A DNA stretch of 64,000 nt from Tubulanus polymorphus (taxonomy: Eukaryota > Animalia > Nemertea): assembly GCF_964204645.1 (NCBI RefSeq), contig NC_134026.1:24276150-24340149 (forward strand). The letters run 5' to 3'. The translations under genes and the position numbers were made by a program. Each line of letters starts with the position of its first letter. Within the stretch, counting starts at the first letter, position 1. Positions 12,451 through 27,384 of the stretch are shown here, one piece after another. The notes below the pieces were generated by a model that did not search any database, had not been told where the DNA came from, and was given only the letters and a program-made list of their open reading frames with translations.

Positions 12451-15400
12451 CATGAATTAGTACTTAGCGTAACAGTAAAAGCGAATGAAGCGAATGTTTA
12501 TAGAGCTGCAACTCGGCGTATACATCATATTGATTAATAAAAATAAAACCATGTAGCTATAGGTTGAGTTTTTTTCAGTCACTCAAACAATGACTGGAAG
12601 TGCATCATTTACAATGAAATAAGATTTATAGCACTGCAATTGCTGTATCAGAGAATGACTCAAATTGCGTAAAAAACACAATGGCCACAAATTGGTCCAA
12701 TACATGGAAAACCTCATCATGTGACTAGGCAGTGAAATGTATGCTGTAATTTCGGGTTATATCAATTGCGATTAGCAAACACTTTTCGGCAATTTGCCCA
12801 AATCTATCTCAACAATATGTAATTGTGCCTGCAATTTTCGTGACAATTTGCACGCATTAAATGCAATCTCACTAACTGGGATGAATCGATTGTTTTCATA
12901 TTTCTCAGTATTTTACCAACCAAAACAACAAAATTTGATAGAAACAACAATCAAACGCATTTGCTTGAAGCACGAAAGGAATAATTCATAAACGTATCCA
13001 ATGAATTTTTGAGCTATCGACGGAGAAATTGAAGAAGCATGTAACCAGTACCGACCAGCGGAGGAATGGGGATGGATGAACCATTGTTCAAACGGCTAGG
13101 AACAGGATATAAATTTCGAAGAAATGGCAATTGTGTGTAAATCCGTAAAAGAAACTTGACTACCACTTGACTACCAAATTCTCCCTCGGGTATTTCGACA
13201 AGATCAAAATCCAACGTACAGAATGCCATGGCATCGAAACCCTAGATTTCTACCGAATTTAATATCCTAACTTCTCAATTGTTATCTATTCCCCGCGGAC
13301 GTGATACCCATTAATGTCAACCTTGCCGTATAGCAGATATATTAAGTAACATTCAAAAGTGAGATTATTCCAGGCCCCGGCGGACTGCATAAAATTCTAT
13401 GGCGATTCCCCGGTGACTTCTCAACATCGACCACGAAATAACCTCACGGAACTGCGGGTAATATACAGCGTGCGATAGCAATGTTTTCTTGTATTCATAT
13501 CAGGCACGTTCGGGGAGTAGTTAAAAGCGGAATAGCGATGAAGAATTATTCCCAGGCGACTGCTCGGCTAATAGCACATAATCAACTCCTAGTGCCATAA
13601 TGAACTCCCAAACGTGATCTTACGTTCCCGGAGGCGCACTAAAAACTTTTGCCCGAGCTATGAGTAACGCCGAGCAATTTGTATGAGTGAGATTATTCAT
13701 TTAAACGGGGTAAATACCGTGTGTGAATGACACCAAAAAACAAAAACAAACTGAAAAAAATAAATCATTAATTTTTGGTTACCACTAATGGTTCGAAGCC
13801 CATCTAAGCAATTATTCGTTAAATCTGCTGATACTGTTTCCTGACAAACATTTATGGCATAAGAGTTTTTTGGCCATAAGTCGAAAAGCATACAGATCTT
13901 CCCTGGTCATGAATTTTACATGATATATCAAGACAAGCGAATAAGAGGATTAACGTCGAATCTTAAACCCAGGCTCAAGTTGCACTCTAAGTCGCGGATT
14001 GTATTTCTTTATTTTGCGCAAAAATATCTCTCGACAAAAGGATTTCTTCCGAGAATGTGCGTGGTTCACCTTGCATGCGAGATGTTACTACTGTACGATG
14101 ATCCGATGTTGGGGTGTGTACGGTACTTCACTCTATATCACACCATCACTACCATAACTAGCAAAAATAGTACTCTGAAGTTGAAATATCATACGTGGTA
14201 AGTCAAAGTTACATCATAACACAAATGAGGATTGGTTTACAGGAAATTAGATCACATCAGAATAGTTCGAGTGGAATGGGCTGAGATTATCTTGCAATAA
14301 TCATCTAACATAGTGCAAAACTGAAGTGAAAACTCTTAATAATAGCATTCTGATTGAAGAGTCTCATGATTGAGTAAAAACTTGTGAGTTGATTCTTCAA
14401 GCAGCTCTTGACACAGGCAGAGAATAGTCCATCTGCTGCATAATTTGATAAATTGTTGAACCTGCAAACAACAGGATCATCAATGAACTCCAGACCTACC
14501 TCGTGAGTCTACTTCAAAAATTCAATTTGCTATTGTATACATCCAGCTGTTCCATCAACCAACATTTTTTATCCAATTACAAATTTCAAATGTTCCGTCG
14601 AGCTAATATGAAATGCCAATGATTGCGAATAATAGAAGTCGGGAAACCTGGCTAAATAGTACATGTAGGCCTATTAGAGCATCAAAGAGATGCTAAGCGT
14701 CTTAACATCTTAATGGTTCAAATCCTTGAAAAGTAGCGGCGAGATCCGAAGCTTGATAAAGGGCGGGTATTGGCCAGCCTACAAAAGCCCAGCGTCGGCA
14801 CAAAAATATGGTGTCAAAATGGGCACCGAAAAGAACAATGCTGCTTCACAATGAGAACAACGCTGGAAGCCAAGTAGACCACTGTTGTTGAAATCAAGCA
14901 GTTTTGATAGAAGAAAATTATCCGGGCTGAGGACAATGTACCATCGATGCGACATCATGACCTCATTATTTTCCTTAAGGTACTTCGCAGACATGTTGAA
15001 GACCATACCACCAACGATAGATGATTTCATACTAGGAATCCCAAGAACTACCATGCTCTGATGTACATGCTTAGAATAGGGATAAACAACAACTGGTACA
15101 ACACTGACCAAGATAAGTCATTGTCCAATAAAAAATAGATTAGCATAACCAGGAAACACTTTTCATGATTAAGAAACATATGATTGACTGAGGTAATTAA
15201 AACAAACCATGGAAAACATAATCTCCCACATCAATTGAAATCTAAAGCGATTAAACATCTTGATAAGGAACATAAGTTAGCTAACCACCATTTACAAACT
15301 AGACTATTTCCACTTGACCTGACTAAATCCCTACAGAGAACGTTCCCTCTATTTGTGACACTTCACATCACAGCTACTAAGTCAGGCCAAGTGGTTGTTC

Positions 15401-18400
15401 AACTTTTGACAGCAGTTTGTACAAAAAGTGCCTCATCGATTGAGGACTAACCGCTGTCTCGCAATCTAGCAGTAACCCTTTCATCGAAACTACTATAATT
15501 TGTGCAGGCTGTCAGAAAATCTGAAATCAAGTGTCCGAATTATCAGTCTATGTAGAATGCTAACAAAATCAAGCAAAAACATCTTTACAATCAATGAATG
15601 AACGTATGTGACATGAAATATGAATATTTTGATAGTATGCCAAAAAAGTAATTATCAGATTCCAGATAAAGGATTCAATTCTCAACGTAACAGTTGTATT
15701 GCACTACTTTCCATACTGAAAATGTTCCACTGATGCTTTTTTCCAAGTAGCCAGGTTTAAATTCGAAACCGTTCAACTAGATTGTGAAAAATCTATGATA
15801 TAGCCTCGAGTGGTGTAGCATTAAGCAGAATATGATATTAGAATTCTAAATGTGCAAAAACATACCTCGAAGCCATAAATATAATCTCCGCAATACAACT
15901 GGCAAAGCCATTTTGATAATCCTTCTCACAGGCCATGATCAAATTGAAGTTTTCTTTCAAAAACAGAACACGATATCCGAAAAGTTTATAATATCGCCAA
16001 CATTTTTTGACCAGAAATATAATCCTCTATAGCCGAAGTCGTCTGTTGTGTACAATCCACAGCTTTAGCTGTCGTTACCGGCTGCCGTCTTCAGTCTGTG
16101 TGACCCGATTGGCACCTTCTACATGAAAAGCACACCTCGGCTGCGTGGCGCGTCTATTTCATTGAACGACTACGACAAACACTGGTTGGTTAAATGATCG
16201 GCCTTTCACAAGCCACCGAGAGCTATTCACTACTCCCGCAGCAAACATGCCGATTGACTCGCAGACGTAGCGTTTCTAAAGTTACGATCATCCGGTTTGA
16301 TTGAATAACGCCGATTGTCACAACCAGGGAGTCGCCGATCTCGACTACGACCAGATGGACACCATCCAATGGGACTCGGAATTTGCCCAAGTCATTCGAG
16401 CCGCCGCGCTTGTATATGCACGTACAAAAATCAACTTAGAAACACAACGGCAGATGCCACCTGACTGAATTCAAGAGAAACCGATACGTGAAATACAAAC
16501 CTATGCAGATGTTGTTAGTATGACATCGATAGCTGCTGCACTAGACTACGGGATCATAGTAATGAGGCTATTGATTGAACATTTTGGAAATTCTAAATAT
16601 CTACTAGAATATTAATCGCCCTAAATATAGATTCCTCATTTGAAAGACAGACAAATATACCGTACTAATGCACTAATACCACCACAAAGCCGAACTGAGC
16701 TGTCAAAAAAATAACCTCCAACAACGATTTTCTGATGGCTCAGTTTCAGTAAACTGGAAACAAAATACCGGTCTTTTGTCGGACGTTGAATTGTTAGAAC
16801 GTTTATGCGGAATTGCTCATTCAATCGAGACAGACATGTTAGCTGCGATGATGACACACCGGATTCACCATCACATCATGCACGCTGCCAACAAAATGTA
16901 TCCAGCAAAATTATCCACTTAGTCCGACGCGCTGTCAGTGGCATGATTGATTGGAAAAAGCGCATAATAGATCAATTATTTTAATAAATGCCTTATCCGA
17001 GGCGATTATTGGCACGATAAACACAATTACCAAAATGACTTCTCCGATTCAAACATTTAGGACTGCGAAACCCACGAGAAATGAGATGACATACCGCGGG
17101 GATTTTTTGCGCGCCGCCGTATATAATAGCGGCGGCTGATAATAATACGCATCGAATTCAATACGATCAATCCCTACAGAGCCGACGTGATTATCTTCAC
17201 AGGGCGAGTTTAATATTTCCTGTAAAACGGCAGACGTAACGCGCGTAATTACAAACAGGAAACGGAGAATAACCCACGCCCGTCGTTGATCAAACCCGAT
17301 CCACAAACGCGCGTAACAAAAGACAACCTTATAGACCGCATCTCAAATTTTGCAACTAAACGAAGACGGACGATCGAATGACAACACATACCTTCGACAT
17401 GACCGTAATACTGCTTGTAGTACGTTCGACCAGTAACAGCGATTCTAAAGGTAAAGTCACATTTTCATGATATGTTCGCGTATACCGACAACCAGACAAC
17501 CAGATGCTCCGTTACTCTTTATCAGTCAGATCAGTGACAGTTCTATATCACTAGAAGCAGGTGCATGAGAAATGACGGTATACAAAATGATATCAACGAC
17601 GTCTGATACTATAGAAAAGTGATGCGCCAGAACGCAAGCGAAACATTTCTCCCACCAGGGGAGAGTTAATAAGCGCCAGCCTGAATTTAATCCCGGAGAC
17701 ATGATATGCAATATATTACGCTGATATGCCTGATGATAGATTATGAATAAGTAAATCTGCTCATCATCGTTGTAAAGGAAGCTTAAGCCCGATCTGCATA
17801 AAATTAACATCACATATCTACACATACTTCATTGATAGATACGTCTAAATGAAAGGCTTGATAAGTATAAGATCATCGGTGAGTTTTACTTTCAGTTTTT
17901 TGAAGCGGCCCGACGAATTGATGCGGCGATTAACCCTCAATCCACGAGTGATCGATCTTGAGAACAGCTGCTGTTTCCACCGGGCGGAATAAATGCTAAG
18001 TCAGCGGCAACAATTCACCCCCGGACTTCGCCGCGAAGATTTTGAATAATTTGCCGCCGCCGCGCGGCGATATTGCAAAATCAATTCATATAGCTCATCG
18101 AATTGTCGATTAAGCCACAAAAAAATCTATACCAATAGAAGCAAAGAAATTGGTATTTGGTTAAGCATCACGGATCAGTGAAAACGCATTTGATATCATC
18201 AAAGCAGAAAGCACGGTTGAGTAGGCATCCTAATCATCTTCTCAGTTGACCAATTTTTCAGAGACGATACACAGCGGAAGACATGAATGTCTAATATATT
18301 GATGAATATGATCGGTCAAAGGTGGCCTTTTGTATCATTATTTTTTGTATCATTATAGGAAATTATCTTATTCGAGAAAAATATCAATTAACGAAGAAAC

Positions 18401-19460
18401 GAAATATCCTAACTGTAAGCGGGTTTAGATAAGGCGATGATAAGAATACCAGGCAGGTTTCATTCTCAGCCCACTACCGCAACGTAGTCATAAATTAGAG
18501 ACGTGATATGAAAGTCAACCTATCAAGAAGGACATAACACCTACAGTTTATACAGTAGGGGGCTAATAAGTACATAGTAATCCCGGCAATGAAAGCAGTT
18601 TTGCTTCAGTAATAGGTAAATATAGCTGTCGTCAGGGATAAACTATTACCAATTCATACTCTAAACCAGGGTCAATATCTGTACATGACATCGTTTGCAT
18701 TGTCAATTCATCCGTTTGTGTGTCCAACGTGAGCGCGCATACAATCACTCGCTCACGGATAATATTTGCCAATTGGTCGGGAGTTAATGTTCAAACAGGC
18801 GAAGCTTTTATCTATTTTTTATGCCTACGATCATATCCTGGCCAATGAATTATGTATAATGGTGACAACTTGCCCGGAAATGAGTGTCATTGCCGCGGAT
18901 TGCGAAAATCGGCAACAATTCTATGAGCGAGCTGATGTACACGATGTAATGGCGTTTTTTTTTACCCTCTCGCAGGAATGAAAGAGTAACCTCCGACAGC
19001 ACCGCATAGAGAATGAGCTCGTATGCCTTCGTGATTCACAAGTATCAAATTTTGCGAAGAAACTGTAACCGTAACCGTGTATCTCCGTGTATCTCCGGGT
19101 AAAATTAATACATTTAATGATGCATATATGATGCATTTCAATTACACGTAATTCGATCTTGCGCTTTCATCTGACAATTTCGTAAACATCAAACGCCACA
19201 GACGGTGCAACTTAAATTATCTAATCTATCACAGCCCCGGCGCTATAACGAACAATCAAGAGCTTTCCTAACGTCTCATTACACTTTGTCAATAATCAAC
19301 GGGGATTTCGTAACAAACTGAATGAGACCAAATCATATTATTCATTATAGATAGATATGCACATCCAACGCACATCCAACAGTAGCATCGACTGATGAGT
19401 TTAGTAAAACTTCAAAGCAATGAAAAAACTGAAACACATTAACGTTTATCCTTGTGGTCA

Positions 19461-19710
19461 CATTTGAAATAAATAAGAACATTTTAGAAATCAATGCTAA
19501 GTTTATCAAAAACAATTTACATGCCATTTAAGTATCAAAATTCAATTTTGGTTTTTTTTTCCTCTTTCTCTTTTGTATTCCTAGTTAAAATAAAATAGGA
19601 TTGTATTTACAAGGTATTGCTAATAATGTACTTTATGTATCTAAGCAAACCATTGATATTTAATGTGTACAATATCAAATAATAAAGGCACATTTATATC
19701 TAAAAAAAAA
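19461..19710 (+). mobile_element. 5'-truncated retro-insertion with polyA tail and 13-bp target-site duplication
   Basis: ATCCTTGTGGTCA at 19448-19460 and 19711-19723. AATAAA at 19681, then an A-run; short ORF end FEINKNILEINAKFIKNNLHAI*. Confidence 0.8.
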
Positions 19711-22700
19711 ATCCTTGTGGTCAGACACAAGTCTCTATAAAATGTTGAAAGGGTTTGCTAAGGGTAACGATACGAATTCAGCGCTATCTCCTGCGGTGTC
19801 TATTTTCCGAGAAATATCGCTGATAAAACACAGGGAATAAAACCTATATTTTCCGGCCATAAAGGTATGCACGAAGCAGAACACGAGTTATAATTTCCCA
19901 CTTCCTGCCAGCTCAGGTAATCACTATGATTAACACTCGTCGAGGGACAGGAGCAATGATTGCTTCCTCAATTCGTGGACAGCTATAAATTCTATATCTC
20001 GTGATAACTGACTTTCGATCTGAATAAATATAGAGACGCAACCTGTAATCAGGTGAGGATTGAGAACGATAAGATTTCATATTTCGTAAGATAAAGAAGG
20101 TGGTCTGTGACAAGTGACATGAAATGAAACGATGTATAGGGAAAGATTTGCCGACGAAAGTGATGGTTCAACTCAGAAATACGAAATCAGTACGGGTCAG
20201 TAGTTGATTATGGGCAACACAAACCATGAACTTTTCATCCTCTGGTCGTATATTTCCTATTATCCGACACACTAACTCCCAGCACAATCAGTAAGCTGTA
20301 ACCAGTAACGACTCAGGCAAATAAATTAAACATATACCAAATGAATGTCTCACTGGTGACATAAAGAAACCATTACACTTTTCCTCATCGACTCACATGA
20401 AAGTGTAATAATACTAAGTGTCTAATGGGAGAGAGCAACAGAATTTTCATCATGGGTAACACTTCGTTGGCGATAGGAGAGAGGCCCTGTTGAAACATGG
20501 TTTCCCATAAACCTTGAGAAGAGTAATGTATATAGATACTTTCACACAGGCTCTTGACAGAACTCTCGTCGAAAGATCCTCTCTGAGAGACTTTCTTAAC
20601 AGATGGCGGCACCACTTGGGACCTTGATACTTTGAATGATATCTACAACCATGGATTGCTACGACCGAGCTAGACATTTTCGTAATACCATCTAAACATA
20701 TATTACTAGGTGCATATGCATAAGCCGTGGTAATCTTTATGATTTAATATCTGTCATTCATTGCAGTGAATGAAGTTAGATGAAAATTTAATGAAGCTCC
20801 GTTCTAATTCACCATCATCCATCATTATCAATCTCATCGTCGGAACTTCGTTTTTGTATGGCAACGAATAATATCATTGTATGCAGACCCTCAACTTACA
20901 TGATAAGATATTCGAGTTTCAACTTTATGCGAATGGCTTAAGCCCAGTCTAGCAGTGCTGAGTCCCTGCCATAAAAAACTGAAATGGTTTAGACTTTGTG
21001 CGCTTACTCTCAAATAATATATCCATCACCCAAAAAAATCGTAAAAACTCCACAAAACCTTCACGATCATATGCCGACAGTAAGTAAGGAGGTTCGAAAT
21101 GATCATTAAGCCCTCTTCAAAGCAAACGAACACCAGCTAATAATTCCATTAACCATCACAGCCCTCGAATCCAGAGTTGAAGGCAGCTATCTATTGCTGT
21201 AAGTAAATTCTATTACTGAATAGAGCCGTGTTTGTGATTAGATTATCATCGATGACGTGTTGTTCCGTGATTGTCTTGACAACTTTAACTTCGCTGCCGA
21301 GATCTCGTTACATCAAATTGAACTTATGAATTTAGACAAATTACGCGTGATGGGTCATTGTGCCTGATATTTTGCCAGGAGCGAGTGTATCACTGCCGCG
21401 ACGAGTTCTACGCAGCCGATGATTCTCGTCTCGATAGCCACCAGCAACTAGATGCTGTGTAATTCCGCATCACGTTAATGTCACAGCTAAGTCCAATTTC
21501 ACGCTTCACCAAATACATTCAAAGCGGGCTGATTTCTGCGGCCAATCAACCAGCGAAATAGAACCTTCTGGCAACTACTCTAAATATGCGAAGGTAAAAT
21601 GCCCGGGCAAGTACATTATTTGTCTCCGTTATCAAGGGAATGATTGCCGCCGAGGGCAGGCAACTCCTGAATAAAACAACTGCTAAAAACAGTAGAAACA
21701 AATATTTCATCCCAAGATATTCAACGAAAATACACGACCAACTAGTTCCGCGTCTCGGAGCAATCATCTCTTCATGACCTTTCAGTTGATCTGTTCGATA
21801 GATACTAAGTATTCTTGTCTCATTTCAGAGACTGGTAACAAAAGAATTGATAATTAGCCTATGAACTTAACTAGATCGTAATACTGTTTGTGTCGATGAA
21901 GAGCGACTAGCAGCACTTGCCACACTACTTCGTAACGCCCAGTTTGACAACGCAATGCGCCCATTATCACCAGCCAAACAACCAATTTCTCACAGATATG
22001 TCGTCTGCCTTGGGCAACAAATAACGTACGAGACAGCTGCAATTAATTCTGAAGTGATGATCACACGAGCGCCCGAAAAAAACGGTAGTACAACATTACC
22101 GAGGTTTTATTTTCATGATTGCTAAACTAAAGAATACGTTCAACTGAAATCAGCGGGAAATCGGTGATGCGTAGATTAGCTTGATTAAAAATCAGGGTGG
22201 TGTGTGAATGAATGTACCTCCTGGTCAGTTAGATAATGCCAACAGCTGCAGATACCTAACTGATGTAAAAAAAATCGCGCTCTTCATTCAATTAAGCACC
22301 ACGTGCCGTACGTGAAAAACGATCGACTGTCACATTGAACAACGAAGTATTTTCTCATGAATGGAAGTATCTGAACTCGAATATCGCCCCCTTTTTTTTC
22401 ATCTTCACGAGCCGTTTATAAAGATTTGAGAATGTAGGCAAAAATATGACGCCATCAACCATAAAACGGGCACTATCTATACGCAGCCTCATCCATTCAT
22501 CTTCAAGTTCATATCTGACTATTTCAAAAGAGCATTTATGTCGCCTCCAGCAACCATTTTCCACTATTATCAACTATGGAAAACAAGGCAATTTACCACA
22601 TAAAATGTGCATACACGTAGTAATATGAAAGTTGATCATGCATTCATACAATAATGAACAAAGTATATTTGTAAATAGGAGCTAAAAGAAACATCAATTC

Positions 22701-23243
22701 ATCCCTGGCTCCTTTGTTCCATAAGACAGAAGTCAGAACATCAAAGCCTTGCACATAAATCATTCAGTTATGAAATAAAAAAAATACTACACTAAATATA
22801 CCTGAAGGCAATATTTAGCCTAAAATGAAATTTTGTTTTACTAATAATATTTGCAATAATGTGTGCGTGGTATAAATGTACCCGCAGTGTGACATTAGCA
22901 TTATCATCTAATAGTTATTATTCACAGTTTTGGTACGAAGTCTATCATATTAAACTAACCTTAAAAGCAACATGAGATATGAAGATGTGATGCAAAAGAT
23001 ACATCAAATCACACCACATCCAGTAAAAAGGAGTGATATTCTAAACGTGTCAATTCAAACAAAACACCAACCACCTTCTATGAAACGTTAAACCAACTGG
23101 AACAGATATATTTCGATGCCTTTCTCCAAAATCTGATCCTCAAGATATCGTTTACCAATAGACACAACATGTCTTTGCCTCATCGACAATTAATTCTTTG
23201 GTGGAACTACAGTCATTTCTTTTTCAGACATGAAATAACATAC

Positions 23244-23245
<2 letters not shown>

Positions 23246-23276
<31 letters not shown>

Positions 23277-23293
23277 CTGGATGATTGATTGAT
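23246..23293. repeat. (TGAT)n microsatellite
   Basis: Tandem TTGA/TGAT units with one interruption. Confidence 0.9.
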
Positions 23294-23358
23294 GTGTCTA
23301 TTGCCCAAGAGAATAAAAAATTACATATTTTAATCCATTGAGAGAGCGGGTCACTTAC

Positions 23359-23364
23359 CTTTTT
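23359..23364 (-). CDS. Candidate 6-nt micro-exon (Lys-Lys) of the AUTS2-like gene
   Basis: Minus strand reads cactaat...cgtcgtgtttccgtttcattatccag|AAAAAG|gtaagtga: branch-point-like CTAAT, pyrimidine tract, consensus donor; frame-preserving. Confidence 0.45.
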
Positions 23365-23811
23365 CTGGATAATGAAACGGAAACACGACGAATAATATCA
23401 TTAGTGAAAATCGTTTATTGATAGAAAATGATGGGCGAAACATTTGTGTTGATTCGGCTGCAACTATCTATATGCAACAACAAGAATCGTTGTCATGGAT
23501 TTTATATTTGAAAATGCACTATATATAAAAGCGCGCAATTATTGCCCCATGAAACTGTTAAGAACAAATAGCCTGAAAATAATATATGGCATCGGCACAT
23601 ACATATACAACATGTTTCATCTTTGAATCAACCACCACCGTTATCTATGATCCCTTTGATGTGAATCATAAATGCTGGTTTTGTCAGTGATTACATATTG
23701 CAGCAACACCGTAAAGGCAGATAATTGCTACTACATGTAGTGTATGTGTGCATATACATATATATGAAATATATATCCACATATGCATACAATTGTAACT
23801 ATGAACTTTAC

Positions 23812-23841
23812 CTTGTCAACTTCACTGGATTCACTGTCGCC
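23812..23841 (-). CDS. AUTS2: AUTS2-like coding exon 5, 30-nt micro-exon (GDSESSEVDK)
   Basis: Acceptor tctcttctttttag|, donor AAG|GTAAAG, phase 0/0. Aligns with human AUTS2 CDSDSDQEEK (recalled). Confidence 0.82.
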
Positions 23842-26800
23842 CTAAAAAGAAGAGATTGAAATGATACATTAGGATGAAAGATAATTTCGTAAAAAGCAAC
23901 ATCCAACAACGTGACACCATGATAGAAAGCTTCATCAAAAAGCCTTTAAGTTGTATTTTTGGTTATACGTATATATATATTTCTTGTCGACAAAATATCT
24001 GCCCAACAGCGGCTCTAGTTCAAGTTTCCATTAAAAATGTTCATAGCTGAGTAGATATAAGTAACCTTTAAAGTCATATACTAGATCTACAATGGAAACG
24101 TTCTCAACCATCTTAAAGCAAATAGGAAACCAAATGATGACACTAGAGCTGTTGTTTTGACACCCAGTGCTGTGGCATTAGTAAATCGATGCTACTTTAT
24201 GAAATTATATCAAGCAAACATAATCAAGCCAGCTCTTGAGGCAATAATGCAAATCACATACTGCAGCGCTCTAGCTTTAGTAAAAAATCTACCCAAATGA
24301 AAATCAAGTAAATAAGAAATTCTGAACATATCATCATACAGTCAGAAGTATGAAAGAATATAAACAGGAAAAAGAGATTTCGCAGGACCTTTCCATTTCA
24401 TTCTCAGTGGTAAATTCCAATGAAATGATCTTAAATTCGAATGCGATCACATATAATGTAATTACATGTCATTTCACACCGTGAACTGAATAAATGAGCA
24501 GAGAGGAAAGCTGTTATTGTCAAAGGAACCAGTGGTAAAAAGAGGGAGATTGCGGATAATGCAGCAAATGATATTACCGGTAACCCTGAGAACACTGACA
24601 ATACTCCCATTGCAGAAAGTGCAGAAACGATATAAATCAAATTTGTCCTTAAACTTTGTGAAGGTAATCCATTTTCTGACAAAGAAAAGCGCGCTTGGTA
24701 ATTCGTAATGAAGTCAGTTCCAGTAACATCGTAGCTGTAGGCAGGATTTCAAACCTTCACAAAGAATTGTCAAGTTGTCAAAAAGATGGTACTTGATCCC
24801 ATATATCTAGACATTAAAAATTTCACAAGATCATTTTCATATCAAATACGAGCAGTTATTCATAATATTTGCAACCTTATATCTTGGAATCTTTCATATG
24901 AAACTTGTATGAAAAGAGAGCTTTAATGTCAAAAAGTGTTTACAATTTTCTGACAACAAAATTAGAACTTGAGCTTCGGCGAAGGATTTATACACTTCCA
25001 AGAAATACAAAGTTGATTCCGCTAAAACAATATCAAAGGGATAAATCCGTACTAATATCTTAGCAGACCATTTCCAGATTACTTGTCACCAACTATTTCA
25101 ATTGGCACCCATCGGCAGTCACTTTCTCGAGGATGGAAACAATCGCGAGTAAACCGAAGACGTGCGCTGCCCAGTGGGTGTTTACCATTAATAACTGGCA
25201 ACGAACCAAGTCACAGGTTACAAATTTTGCTGGCACATTTCCTGATCGCTGTGTCTTCAAAGACGGACTACGGCAGAGCCTGCGGGGAGTAGACATGTAT
25301 ACGACTTCATCAGCTTTCCGCGATCCTTCGTAATGACAGTTTCTTAACACAAAGAACTTTTACGTGTGACGACTCTTTCCTAGCTGGTAAGATTTCATTA
25401 TCTAACTGAACATAATTTCCTCCTCCAAAGCAACGCAGATATTTATCTTGTCTGTGATACACATGATTACTGCTTCCTGGTGAGCTAAAAGCATACTATT
25501 TGCCTAATCTATCTATCTAAGAAATGATTTTCTCTAAGAAATGCAAATGAATGCGCCGGATTGAGGAAGTGATTTAACACGGCCTGGCAATAAGTCAATA
25601 AGTAAAGCGGTTGTTCTGAAATTCATGGGGTCAACGCGGAATGTCTAAATGCGCTCAAAAGAGTCGATCAAAATTACCATCGAATTTGATTACGCAACAG
25701 TGAAACTGTGATTCAATGGGAAATCTGAGCTAAAAATACATTGAGGAATATGCTAAGATGTTGATACATTAAGACATATAAGACATTTATAAGTTGCGAA
25801 GCCACGCAAATGTGAAAAATAGAGAAAATCAAGCTGGAAGACTGAACAGTTGAAAGCTAACAGGTTGACAAGCCCCTTCAAATATCACATGAAGTTGATG
25901 AAGACCAAGTATATGGCAGACATAATTTGTAATTAATAGATTATTACATGATCAGGTATTCTACACGTCCCACACCAACATAAAAGACGTTGATGTCTTA
26001 ATGTCTTAACGAACTCCTGGAAAAGCAATTTGGCAACTTACGAAGAAATCTCACAATATATTGGATTTCAATTTTCGTCAAGATTGATTGTACCGACAGC
26101 AATTTCATATGAAATATCAGTCAATACATCATAAACCAGAGAAAAGGACTTTATATGGTCGGGTTCCAGTTTTATTTTTCATCATCAAGACTTATTGAGC
26201 AACTAGCAGTCATCCCATCGGATGCTGTCTTATACTAATGGAACATCACGGATCAGTGAGATTACTGACTACCGGTTTCTGAAAACTTAGCCCGCCGGCC
26301 TTAATCAATAAACTCATTTATCATCGTCTTTCAAGTTCGCTATAGGCAAGATTGTATTTTCATTAAATAAATGCCCCGACAACCGGGGCCGTTATAAGAA
26401 TCAATTATTACTCTCGGCGTACAAGCCGTAATCGTTCCCGCCGTAATAAAAACTTGTCATCTGAAAATTTGCATGCCGCATCATTGAACAGATTAATCTT
26501 TCAGCTGAAAGAGACATTGACACTTCGAGGCATATAATAATCTGGAACTGCGTAAAGCCGACAAGATGTTTGCGCCTAATTTGGCATTAAGGTTTTTCAA
26601 ACAGAAACGCATATTGTTCAGTTTCTTCATGAAAGAATCTCGCGCTGCGTCGACTCAAGTTAGATTTTAAAAACTGCAGTTACAGTAACTCTGAATCTGA
26701 GGTAACGTGAGCTACAAAGAAGCCTGTCTCGTTAATTAGAATTAATTCAGGATTGCGTCATCAATTCAAGAAATGAAAAAAAAACATCAGTGATGTAACG

Positions 26801-27271
26801 ATCACAAAAAAACTCTACAAATATTCTGTTCTTTTCATGAAACTGGGAAAATGAATATCATGTATGAAGTTGAGAAGAACATACGAAAAAGTCAGCATAC
26901 AACTATGCCATGGGCAAGAGCACGAGAAAACCAGGAACAGAATTGCGTGATACTGACTCGATCGGTGATCATAGTAATAGAATTTCTGAAACCGCGCAAT
27001 TACTCAGAAAGAACGAAACACACAGAGAAAATATTGCATGAAAATTACAGCTTCGGGCATATAGCAAGCAAAGTTGGCACTTTACTGCTATTACCCAAAG
27101 GCATCGAATAGCGGAATATGGCTGTTTTTCTAAACAGAAAAAATCAAACCTCTAATTGGGGGATCTGGGTAAAAAATCTGTACCGAGAGGAATGAATACT
27201 ACATAGAGGGAGTACCCTCAAATAACTGTTACATCTCTGAAGACCGAAATGTTCTAGAGGTTAAGATTTTT

Positions 27272-27384
27272 CAGGGTGCCACGATAAATTTCTCCGATTT
27301 CTTGCTTTTCACAAAATTCCTTGACTTTTGGAAAAAGAAAATTCCCCAGATGTCTTCCTGATTTCCAGGTAAGTGACCGCTCTG
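27272..27384. mobile_element. Short CAGGGT-ended MITE-like remnant
   Basis: CAGGGTGCCAC ... GTGACCGCTCTG imperfect inverted ends; internal AAATTCC/TTCCTGA repeats. Confidence 0.4.

Noticed and set aside
1-23358. AUTS2 exon 6 homologue (human ASDASSEKLF, recalled)
   Set aside because: Not found by eye; probably lies beyond the left edge, though a divergent small exon could have been missed.
25133-25333. ORF containing WVFTINN, similar to CRESS-DNA virus Rep motif I
   Set aside because: No motif II (HLQG), motif III or Walker A in nearby frames; likely chance. A tBLASTn against Rep proteins would settle it.
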